DNA of 64,000 nt from assembly GCA_004431415.1 (NCBI GenBank), contig QPMI01000408.1, positions 124,001-188,000 of the forward strand, written 5' to 3'. Both the position numbers and the translations under genes were made by a program. The notes beneath the pieces are model-generated. The model ran no database searches and was not told the origin of the DNA. It was given only the letters and a program-made list of their open reading frames with translations. Of this stretch, positions 55,002 through 64,000 are shown one piece after another (within the stretch, counting starts at the first letter, position 1; the number at the start of each line of letters is the position of its first letter). This DNA is from Cyanophora paradoxa CCMP329 (taxonomy: Eukaryota; Plantae; Glaucophyta).

Positions 55002-56204
55002 TCAACGGAAGAGCTGGTCGAGCATCTCGACGATGCGCTTCTCGTCGTTTCCGTGCAGCTGGTCCTTGGGAAAGTCCGAGTGCGCGTCGAGCTCGCCGTC
55101 GATGCAGACGACAAATCCGAGGCGCGGGAGCGCCATGAGCTTCGGGATCGGCACGTCGATCGAGGTGAGCACCCTCCCCATCCACAGAACGAGCGCTCGC
55201 CCGCCCTTGAAGTAGAACGGCGCGGCGGCGTAGGGACCGCCCTCCGCGGCCCTCCCGCAGAAGACGGTCGCGGAGAAGCTTGGAGACCCGTGATAGACGT
55301 CGCGGAACGTGGTCACGCGGCCCGAGAGCATGTCCTCGATCCTGCGAAACGCGACGGGGCGGCCCGCCACGGTCGCCCGAAGATCGGGGCGGCGAATCCC
55401 GTCGATGGTCGGGTAGGCGCAGGCGAGGTGCTCGGAGAGCGTGGCGCAGAACGGGATCCCCAAAGTGTCTTTCGCCAGGCTCCACCGGGGAACAAAGTCG
55501 GAGACCGCGTCGCTCCAGCGGACGGAGCGCCCGGGGTGGTTGGCGAAGATCACCGTCGTCCCGCCCCCGCATTCGGATCCGGCGACCAGAGAAGCCAGCT
55601 TGGCGAGCTCGGAGTTGACCGCCCCCAGGATCTCCGCTCGGACCTTCTCGGCGTAGCCGCAGTCGACGAGATCCGCGCAGTCCGGATCCGTGGCCGCTCG
55701 GTACGCGAGAATGCAGAGGTCGGCGCCCAGGTTTCCCCTGGGACTCAGGCAGACGTCGGCGCCGACGACGGCGGTGTGGACGGGGTCGTACTCCACCACC
55801 CGAAAGCTTCCGTTCGCATCGCTGTGGTACAGGCGCCCGTTGAACTCGACGCCCGCCTCTGTGCGGCGCGCCGCGAGGAGGACCGTCGCCGTCGATCCGA
55901 GCGCGTACGCGGCCATCTTGAGCCCCATTCCGTGGCGCGAGTAGGTGGACGTCTTGCGTTCTTCGCTCGGGGAGCCGTGGAACGTGCGGAGCAGCGGCTT
56001 GGTCGCCCGGTCCATCGATAGCCCGCCCGACGCGTCGCGAACGGCGATGGACGAGGCGCCGCACCGGGCGACGTCGACGCTGCAGAGGGTGCCGTCGGTC
56101 CGCAGGGCGTTCTCAAAGATCTCGACGAGAGGCGCGTAGGGGCTGGTCAGTTTGCTCGCGTAAAATTCGAACAGGTTGCGGCTGGGCTGCATCGCGTCGA
56201 GCAT
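55002..56204 (-). CDS. MORC-like GHKL ATPase
   Basis: EIFENA, RDASGGL, SRHGMGLKMAAYALG; TATA box (TATAAAG) near 56265-56271. Confidence 0.82.
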   Translation of the reverse strand: MLDAMQPSRNLFEFYASKLTSPYAPLVEIFENALRTDGTLCSVDVARCGASSIAVRDASGGLSMDRATKPLLRTFHGSPSEERKTSTYSRHGMGLKMAAYALGSTATVLLAARRTEAGVEFNGRLYHSDANGSFRVVEYDPVHTAVVGADVCLSPRGNLGADLCILAYRAATDPDCADLVDCGYAEKVRAEILGAVNSELAKLASLVAGSECGGGTTVIFANHPGRSVRWSDAVSDFVPRWSLAKDTLGIPFCATLSEHLACAYPTIDGIRRPDLRATVAGRPVAFRRIEDMLSGRVTTFRDVYHGSPSFSATVFCGRAAEGGPYAAAPFYFKGGRALVLWMGRVLTSIDVPIPKLMALPRLGFVVCIDGELDAHSDFPKDQLHGNDEKRIVEMLDQLFR

Positions 56205-56472
56205 GGTTTGGGCGCGGCAGAGGGCCGTTCGACAAATTGCACCTCTGGGGCCCGCGCGGGGGTCTTTATAGTGCGGGTGGCTCCCCCAGCACGGGGTCCC
56301 ACCGCTTCATATGCGCCACCCGGAGGCGCGCGGGGGCGGCGGAGCTCGAACGGGTACCCTCTACCCTCGAATTTCCTCCGGCCCTCTCCCTCAAATACCC
56401 TCCTGAGCCGAACCGTTTCCGCCCCGGGCGGCCCGCGCGTCCGCCATTCCTCGACCCCGCCCCGCGCTTCCG

Positions 56473-57285
56473 ATGCAGGTCGCGTCGACGGTCGGCGCGA
56501 CGCGCCCGCAGCCCGCGTCGCCGGCCCTCCAGGTCCTCGGCGGCGACCTGACCGTCGCCATCGTCAAACGCGGCAAGCTCGACCCCGTCTCCGCCATCCG
56601 CCTCTCGCACGTCTGCCCCGAGGCCCGCAGACGCCTCGCGGGGACGCTGCGCCGGTGGCTGCGCAACAGGCTCCTCGCCACGGCCGCGCTCCTGCGCGAG
56701 AGCCGCGAGCCGCTCCGATCGACCGAGGCGCGAACGATGCGCTGGGCCCTCCACGACCGTCTCGCGGCCCGCCTGCTCGCCGACGACCTCGATCTCGGCG
56801 AGATGGCGCAGCTCTCTCTCGTCCAGCGCCGAATGCTCGCACGGGCACACGCCGCCGGGCGCGCCTCGACCGCCCGGCTGCACCGCTTCTCGTGGGGGCT
56901 GCCGCGCGTGCTCGTCGCGGGCCTGGACGAGGATCTGCAGCGAGAGCTGAGGGCCAGGATCGCGAGTGCGGCTCGCGGCGAGGGCGCGTTTGGATCCGGC
57001 CCGAGGGGCGTGTCAAAGGAATTGGTGACGCCCAGGGAGTGGGAAATGTACGCGGAGTCGGTCGGCCTCGCGTCTCCCCTCTACGCGAGCTACCGCGCGA
57101 TTTTGCGGACCATCGCCAAGTACCGCCGCTTCGACTCGCTGCGCTGGCTCGTGGACGTTACAGACGGCTCTATGTGCGAGTTCTTTGTCGAGCAGATCGA
57201 CGCCCACACCCGCATCCCGTGGGACGATCTGCAGGACACGATCGGGGGCGACTACGTCTCCCGTTTGGGGTATCTGGAGGCGTAG
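56473..57285 (+). CDS. Hypothetical protein (270 aa)
   Basis: Globular-looking composition; convergent with the next gene at an AT-richer gap. Confidence 0.6.
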   Translation: MQVASTVGATRPQPASPALQVLGGDLTVAIVKRGKLDPVSAIRLSHVCPEARRRLAGTLRRWLRNRLLATAALLRESREPLRSTEARTMRWALHDRLAARLLADDLDLGEMAQLSLVQRRMLARAHAAGRASTARLHRFSWGLPRVLVAGLDEDLQRELRARIASAARGEGAFGSGPRGVSKELVTPREWEMYAESVGLASPLYASYRAILRTIAKYRRFDSLRWLVDVTDGSMCEFFVEQIDAHTRIPWDDLQDTIGGDYVSRLGYLEA

Positions 57286-57368
57286 GCCCATCCTTTGACG
57301 CTTCCGAATTCGAATCGTGACTCGTGTGCGATACAAATTGATGTAACGTGCAGAATAAAGATCTAGAA

Positions 57369-57911
57369 CTACTCTTCCTGATTGGATTCGAGGTCGCCCA
57401 CGACGGTCGCGACGGGGGACGGGGTGGGGGAAGCTTTATCGGGGGCGGCGTCGCCCCGCTTTCCGAGCTCCGCGAGCATCCTGCGGTGCGCGTCGCGGAT
57501 CTCCCGCTGCTTCTCCCTCCAGGCGCGGGCCTTGAGGTTCTTGCAGGCAACGCACGGGAGCCGAGCCGGCGGGGTCTTGCCCTGCGCGTACGGGCGTCCA
57601 AACGCCGCCTCCGCCTTCCACGCGTCGCACTTCATGCACAGGATCTCGCGTCCGCCCTCCTCCCCCGCGCGCTCGTACGGAGGTCGGGCCCTCTTGGGCG
57701 TCGGGTGGGTGGCGCGGTGCTCCCGGAGCAATTGGCGCATGAGGGCGCGCTTCTGGCGCTGCGTTTCGCCCTCGCAGCGGCGGCAGAGGTAGCTCCGCGC
57801 GGCGAGGCGGCTCTTGCGGAATCCGCTCTCGTCAAAGACGTCGCGGCAACCGCGGCAGGGGTGAGTCCGTGGGGCGGGGACACCGGTGGCGGGGGCAAGC
57901 TCTGCGACCAT
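57369..57911 (-). CDS. Zn-ribbon protein with four CxxC pairs
   Basis: CRGC, CRRC, CMKC, CVAC; TATATAAG about 50 bp upstream. Confidence 0.7.
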   Translation of the reverse strand: MVAELAPATGVPAPRTHPCRGCRDVFDESGFRKSRLAARSYLCRRCEGETQRQKRALMRQLLREHRATHPTPKRARPPYERAGEEGGREILCMKCDAWKAEAAFGRPYAQGKTPPARLPCVACKNLKARAWREKQREIRDAHRRMLAELGKRGDAAPDKASPTPSPVATVVGDLESNQEE

Positions 57912-57999
57912 CGCGCACGGGTCTGGGGGCAGCGGTTGCAGGGGCCCGCCCGCGCCGGTCTCTTATATAGTAAAATGCCTGGGGTGGTCTTGTTGCGAT

Positions 58000-60225
58000 T
58001 CAGACAAGCGGAGCGTCGAGGATCTCGTCGGGAATCGTATCGACGGGGGTGGGGGCGGGGGCGGCGAGGGGAAAGACGATGGTCTCCGAGTAGTGGTCTC
58101 GTTCCTCACCGACGGCACTCTTGCCCCGCTCCAGCCGGGCCGCCGCCTCGGCGCACCGCGTGCGAAAGCACTTTGCGTAGACGTGGGCCTCTACGGGGCC
58201 GCCTTTGGGGCCGGGCGGCGAGAACCGGATCAAAAAGCCGACGTTGGCGTCGCCGTCGGGGTGCGAGTGCCGCCCCACGATGCACGCCAGCCACAGCCTG
58301 CACGTGACGACGGCTATGCCGTCGTTTGTGAACTTGATCTTGATCCCGGGGTCGGCCCCGCGGAGGGTGCGGAAGAGGGTGTCCACGTCCTGGCGCCGAA
58401 ACTCGACGTTTGCCGCGTTCCTGCCCGAGCGCTGGTAGAGCATGCGGATACGGTCCGTCTCGACGTAGCGGCGGACGAGGTCGATCGCCTGCTCCCGGGA
58501 GCAGAGGGCGTCGGCGCGCACGGTCGCAACAGCGTCCCGGACCGAGGGCACCAGATTCGCCGGAACCTTCACCGGCTCCCACGACCACGGGTAGCGGTGC
58601 CCGCCGAGGCTAAAGTTCGGCGTCTTGACCGGAGACAGGTGCGTCGCAAAGAGCTCGAGGTACGGATCCAATGGTGGGCATCGAACCTCGCCGCGACCGT
58701 CGATGACGGCGACGACGCGGCGGGGCCGCCCGCCGTCGGGGAACCACTCCATCTTGCGCTCGACGCCTTGGGGATCCTTTCCGAGGTAGGGAATGCCGAC
58801 CCGTTCGCGCTTGCGCGCGCCGAGGAGGCGCATTTTGAGCGTCCCGTAGACGCCGGTGTCGATCGTGGCCCGGTTTCCGTACGGACCGAGCGTCCCCCGA
58901 GACTTGAGCCGCCGGGCGACCGCCTCGGCGACTCGCTTCGTATCCTGGGTCGCGTGAACGATCCTTGGGAACACGATCATCGGCGAGCAGCGCTCCTCGC
59001 TGTCGCACACCCAGGCCTCGCCGAGGGTGGCGACGTCGTAGCCGAGCTCGGCGAGCGCCTGCTGCATCTCCTCCACGAGGCGACCCGAGTTCCACTTTCG
59101 TCCCTCGTCCACGCCGTCGACGTCGAAGAAGAGCCTACAGAGCTCCTTGGAAATCACCTGGTGGGTGAAGTAGGGCAACTTTCGGACGAGGCAGACTCCG
59201 GCGCGGCGGAGGAGCTCGCGGGTTGGATCGCCCCCGTCGGGCTTCTTAAACCGGTAGTACCCCGGCGCGCCAAACTTGGCCCTAAACTCGAGAAAGTGCG
59301 CCGAAGAGGTCTCTCCCTTTTTGAGAAACTGCGCCCACTCGTCGCGCGGTCCGAAGAAGATCATTGTTCGCGTCCCGGCGGCGTCGTTCAGCTGCTCTAG
59401 CGCCGGCGCCGGGCCCAGCTTCGTCTCCTCCTCGTCCTCCCGCTTGCGCTTGCACCGGACGCCTGCGCCCTCGAGCGCGGGAGCGTCTTCGACCTCGGGA
59501 GCCGAGGCGCAGACCCACGTCCAGTGCGCGACGATGGCGTCGACGAGCGCTGGGTCGGCCGGCGAGCCGGGATCCCTCGCAAGGCGCCCCCGCGTGGGCC
59601 AGAGCCCCGTCTTGGGGTGCGGGCGGACGTCGGGCTTCAGACCCTTTTCGACGTCGTAGATGCTGCGGTCGAGCATCGCTCCCGCGCCCGCGACGGCTTC
59701 AGCGGTCGCCAGCGGCTCCAGCACCTCTTGCACCGTCGCGGCGCCGATTTTCGAGCCTGCCTCCACGCGCCGGTAGGCCGCGGGGTGGCGGAAGAGGACG
59801 CGGAATCCCTTCATTCCCGTAAAGTAGACGAGGACGCCTTCGGCGCCGCTGCTTTCCAGCGCGCCCGCGATCCGCTGCGCCGCCTGCCGGGCCTGCTGCA
59901 GCTGCGTGAAGCGGGCGCAGGCGTCGTCGATAGAGGCGCCGTCCGTTCGCTCGAGCCAGGCACGCAGCTCGGCGATGGCGGAGGCCCCCTCGGCGGAATT
60001 TGTGTCGAAGCCGTCGAGGTCGAACGCGCCGGCGTAGCGCACGAACGCGGACGGGGCGATGGTGGTGCGCGTAAACTGCGGGACGACGAGGGCGAGCTTT
60101 GGGAGCGCCCTGGAGAGGCCCCGCACGGCGATGAACGTGGCCGAGCTGCCGTACGAGTCGTACTTGCCCGCGAAGAACAGGTCTCCGCGACGCGATGAGG
60201 GGATGAACGCGACGCGCGATTCCAT
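58000..60225 (-). CDS. Tandem double archaeo-eukaryotic primase (AEP) with C-terminal UL52/PrimPol-like zinc finger
   Basis: Domain 1: FDLD, FTGMKGFR, LDRSIY, PHPKTG. Domain 2: LFFDVD, IDTGVY..MRL..ARK. Zn finger C..H..CF...C. ATG at 60225 with TATAAAAG near 60291-60298. Confidence 0.78.
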   Translation of the reverse strand: MESRVAFIPSSRRGDLFFAGKYDSYGSSATFIAVRGLSRALPKLALVVPQFTRTTIAPSAFVRYAGAFDLDGFDTNSAEGASAIAELRAWLERTDGASIDDACARFTQLQQARQAAQRIAGALESSGAEGVLVYFTGMKGFRVLFRHPAAYRRVEAGSKIGAATVQEVLEPLATAEAVAGAGAMLDRSIYDVEKGLKPDVRPHPKTGLWPTRGRLARDPGSPADPALVDAIVAHWTWVCASAPEVEDAPALEGAGVRCKRKREDEEETKLGPAPALEQLNDAAGTRTMIFFGPRDEWAQFLKKGETSSAHFLEFRAKFGAPGYYRFKKPDGGDPTRELLRRAGVCLVRKLPYFTHQVISKELCRLFFDVDGVDEGRKWNSGRLVEEMQQALAELGYDVATLGEAWVCDSEERCSPMIVFPRIVHATQDTKRVAEAVARRLKSRGTLGPYGNRATIDTGVYGTLKMRLLGARKRERVGIPYLGKDPQGVERKMEWFPDGGRPRRVVAVIDGRGEVRCPPLDPYLELFATHLSPVKTPNFSLGGHRYPWSWEPVKVPANLVPSVRDAVATVRADALCSREQAIDLVRRYVETDRIRMLYQRSGRNAANVEFRRQDVDTLFRTLRGADPGIKIKFTNDGIAVVTCRLWLACIVGRHSHPDGDANVGFLIRFSPPGPKGGPVEAHVYAKCFRTRCAEAAARLERGKSAVGEERDHYSETIVFPLAAPAPTPVDTIPDEILDAPLV

Positions 60226-60362
60226 GGGCGCGGAAGCGGCCGAGCCTTGTCGAAGTGCGGAAAGACGTGGAGCGGGGGTCAGTCTAAACTCTTTTATAGC
60301 GCCACCGAGGCGGGGTTCCCTTTCGCAGGGCCACCACCAGGGCGAAGCGGGTCCGACGCCGC

Positions 60363-63300
60363 CCCCGGCGACCTCGGTCGGAGCAGGACGCGGATGCCGA
60401 GGCGCCAGGACGGGCGACATCGCCTCCGTCGTCTCCGCGGCCACGTCGGCCTCGAATCTTGGCCCGACGCCGTCCCCGCCGACCCGTGGACGGACGACGC
60501 CAGGCCGCCGTCACGAGAGTCGGGGCGGGGTGGGACGAAAGCGCTCGTTTTCCAAAAGGAACCAGAAGGAAACCTTTTTGGAAAACGAGTGGTTTCGGGG
60601 GGCGGGGTCCGGGACCCGTGATATGTGTTACGGTAACACTATGACAAAGACTTTGAAAATTTAGAGTACTCCCCCTCCCCGGCCGCCTCCTGGGGTACCG
60701 TAGCGACCTCGAGGTGTCCGCGTCGAGCTCGGGACGGGCCCGAAGCCGTCCCCGGCGACCTCGGTCGGAGCAGGACGCGGGCGCCGGGGCCCAGAGACGG
60801 GCGCCGTCGCCTCCGTCCTCGCGGTGGGCCGCGTCGAGCTCGGATCCGGACCCGACGCCGTCCCCCGCCGACCCGTGGACGGACGACGCAGGCCGCCGTC
60901 ACGAGAGTCGGGGCGGGGTGGGACGAAAGCGCTCGTTTTCCAAAAGGAACCAGAAGGAAACCTTTTTGGAAAACGAGTGGTTTCGGGGGGCGGGGTCCGG
61001 GACCCGTGATATGTGTTACGGTAACACTATGACAAAGACTTTGAAAATTTAGAGTACTCCCCCTCCCCGGCCGCCTCCTGGGGTACCGTAGCGACCTCGA
61101 GGTGTCCGCGTCGAGCTCGGGACGGGCCCGAAGCCGTCCCCGGCGATCTCGATCGGAGCAGGACGCGGGCGCCGGGGCCCAGAGACGGGCGCCGTCGCCT
61201 CCGTCCTCGCGGCGGGCCGCGTCGAGCTCGGATCCGGACCCGACGCCGTCCCCGCCGACCCGTGGACGGACGACGCCAGGCCGCCGTCACGAGAGTCGGG
61301 GCGGGGTGGGACGAAAGCGCTCGTTTTCCAAAAGGAACCAGAAGGAAACCTTTTTGGAAAACGAGTGGTTTCGGGGGCGGGGTCCGGGACCCGTGATATG
61401 TGTTACGGTAACACTATGACAAAGACTTTGAAAATTTAGAGTACTCCCCTCCCCGGCCGCCTCCTGGGGTACCGTAGCGACCTCGAGGTGTCCGCGTCGA
61501 GCTCGGGACGGGCCCGAAGCCGTCCCCGGCGACCTCGGTCGGAGCAAGACGCGGGCGCCGGGGCCCAGAGACGGGCGCCGTCGCCTCCGTCCTCGCGGCG
61601 GGCCGCGTCGAGCTCGGATCCGGACCCGACGCCGTCCCCCGCCGACCCGTGGACGGACGACGCAGGCCGCCGTCACGAGAGTCGGGGCGGGGTGGGACGA
61701 AAGCGCTCGTTTTCCAAAAGGAACCAGAAGGAAACCTTTTTGGAAAACGAGTGGTTTCGGGGGGCGGGGTCCGGGACCCGTGATATGTGTTACGGTAACA
61801 CTATGACAAAGACTTTGAAAATTTAGAGTACTCCCCCTCCCCGGCCGCCTCCTGGGGTACCGTAGCGACCTCGAGGTGTCTGCGTCGAGCTCGGGACGGG
61901 CCCGAAGCCGTCCCCGGCGACCTCGGTCGGAGCAGGACGCGGGCGCCGGGGCCCAGAGACGGGCGCCGTCGCCTCCGTCCTCGCGGCGGGCCGCGTCGAG
62001 CTCGGATCCGGACCCGACGCCGTCCCCCGCCGACCCGTGGACGGACGACGCAGGCCGCCGTCACGAGAGTCGGGGCGGGGTGGGACGAAAGCGCTCGTTT
62101 TCCAAAAGGAACCAGAAGGAAACCTTTTTGGAAAACGAGTGGTTTCGGGGGGCGGGGTCCGGGACCCGTGATATGTGTTACGGTAACACTATGACAAAGA
62201 CTTTGAAAATTTAGAGTACTCCCCCTCCCCGGCCGCCTCCTGGGGTACCGTAGCGACCTCGAGGTGTCCGCGTCGAGCTCGGGACGGGCCCGAAGCCGTC
62301 CCCGGCGATCTCGATCGGAGCAGGACGCGGGCGCCGGGGCCCAGAGACGGGCGCCGTCGCCTCCGTCCTCGCGGCGGGCCGCGTCGAGCTCGGATCCGGA
62401 CCCGACGCCGTCCCCCGCCGACCCGTGGACGGACGACGCCAGGCCGCCGTCACGAGAGTCGGGGCGGGGTGGGACGAAAGCGCTCGTTTTCCAAAAGGAA
62501 CCAGAAGGAAACCTTTTTGGAAAACGAGTGGTTTCGGGGGGCGGGGTCCGGGACCCGTGATATGTGTTACGGTAACACTATGACAAAGACTTTGAAAATT
62601 TAGAGTACTCCCCCTCCCCGGCCGCCTCCTGGGGTACCGTAGCGACCTCGAGGTGTCCGCGTCGAGCTCGGGACGGGCCCGAAGCCGTCCCCGGCGACCT
62701 CGGTCGGAGCAGGACGCGGGCGCCGGGGCCCAGAGACGGGCGCCGTCGCCTCCGTCCTCGCGGTGGGCCGCGTCGAGCTCGGATCCGGACCCGACGCCGT
62801 CCCCGCCGACCCGTGGACGGACGACGCAGGCCGCCGTCACGAGAGTCGGGCGGGGTGGGACGAAAGCGCTCGTTTTCCAAAAGGAACCAGAAGGAAACCT
62901 TTTTGGAAAACGAGTGGTTTCGGGGGCGGGGTCCGGGACCCGTGATATGTGTTACGGTAACACTATGACAAAGACTTTGAAAATTTAGAGTACTCCCCTC
63001 CCCGGCCGCCTCCTGGGGTACCGTAGCGACCTCGAGGTGTCCGCGTCGAGCTCGGGACGGGCCCGAAGCCGTCCCCGGCGACCTCGGTCGGAGCAGGACG
63101 CGGGCGCCGGGGCCCAGAGACGGGCGCCGTCGCCTCCGTCCTCGCGGCGGGCCGCGTCGAGCTCGGATCCGGACCCGACGCCGTCCCCCGCCGACCCGTG
63201 GACGGACGACGCAGGCCGCCGTCACGAGAGTCGGGGCGGGGTGGGACGAAAGCGCTCGTTTTCCAAAAGGAACCAGAAGGAAACCTTTTTGGAAAACGAG

Positions 63301-63471
63301 TGGTTTCGGGGGGCGGGGTCCGGGACCCGTGATATGTGTTACGGTAACACTATGACAAAGACTTTGAAAATTTAGAGTACTCCCCCTCCCCGGCCGCCTC
63401 CTGGGGTACCGTAGCGACCTCGAGGTGTCCGCGTCGAGCTCGGGACGGGCCCGAAGCCGTCCCCGGCGACC
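60363..63471 (+). repeat. ~388-bp tandem array, 8 units (first unit partly diverged)
   Basis: GTGTTACGGTAACAC recurs near 60625, 61013, 61400, 61787, 62175, 62564, 62949 and 63336. Confidence 0.95.
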
Positions 63472-63762
63472 GTCAGAAGGATGTCGCAGGGTCGCAGGTA
63501 CGGGTCGGGGCCGACCCGTCCGCGTTATGGAGTTAATGATACATGAGGCCCACCGCCCCATGGGGGAGGGCCAGGGCCCCGGGCCCCCGCCCATGGGGTG
63601 TTGCACGATAAAAGGGAGCGGCGGGGACCCCCGGTGGCATCTCCCACCCGCAGCCGTCTCCTTCTCCCGGATTCCGCCATGGGTCCCCAGGGACATCCAT
63701 CAGACGCTTCACGCGACGTCGCGTCGGCTGCCGCGTCGCGCCCGCGTGGCCGGCCACTCGAG

Positions 63763-64000
63763 ATGGACGCAAACGGCATGAGCATTCTTTCCAAGTTCAA
63801 GACGGCCATCGGGCCCTTCCTCGAGCTCGTCGACAACGCCATCCCCGGCTCCGAGATCTCCATCCACGGCGTTCCCGTCGCACGCGCAAACGCCAACAGA
63901 ATCGAGCAATCCAGTAATGACGAGGATGACGAAGAGCGGTTTGCTATCGTTCTTCGCGACGACGCCGGCGGGATGGAGGCCGAAACCGTCAAGAACCTCG
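63763..64000 (+). CDS. Second MORC-like GHKL ATPase, N-terminus; runs off the window
   Basis: Manual translation MDANGMSILSKFKTAIGPFLELVDNA...IVLRDDAGGMEAETVKNL. Confidence 0.75.
   Translation, partial: MDANGMSILSKFKTAIGPFLELVDNAIPGSEISIHGVPVARANANRIEQSSNDEDDEERFAIVLRDDAGGMEAETVKNL

Overview
Eukaryotic (probably protist) DNA made almost entirely of nested mobile or viral elements. (1) 3174-31593 is a complete, AT-rich 28,420-bp Polinton-like virus (PLV)/Maverick-type provirus with 1,376-bp terminal inverted repeats (TIRs) and a 6-bp target-site duplication (TSD, CCCGCG). It encodes two minor capsid proteins, a major capsid protein, an A32-like ATPase, a TVpol-SF3 helicase (frameshifted), a pPolB with a degenerate exonuclease, an rve integrase, a patatin-discoidin fusion, a 2009-aa S74-chaperone fibre and an AdoMetDC-like enzyme. 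Each end is a 293-nt fold-back, and an iteron-like module occurs three times. (2) The PLV and a 470-bp tRNA-derived SINE (33462-33931, 17-bp TSD) both interrupt one long minus-strand Gag-like ORF, which rejoins in frame when they are removed. A second pPolB gene (1-1382, missed by the ORF track) suggests a second PLV inserted in the same ORF near 1903. (3) 35.7-64 kb is GC-rich. It holds a spliced Ulp1-protease/tyrosine-recombinase fusion, GIY-YIG, viral-type SET, ankyrin/PHD/RING genes, two MORC-like GHKL ATPases, a tandem double-AEP primase, two homologous composite minisatellite modules and an 8 x 388-bp palindrome-bearing array; this may be one large undescribed element. All protein calls come from motif recognition by eye, and no database search was run.
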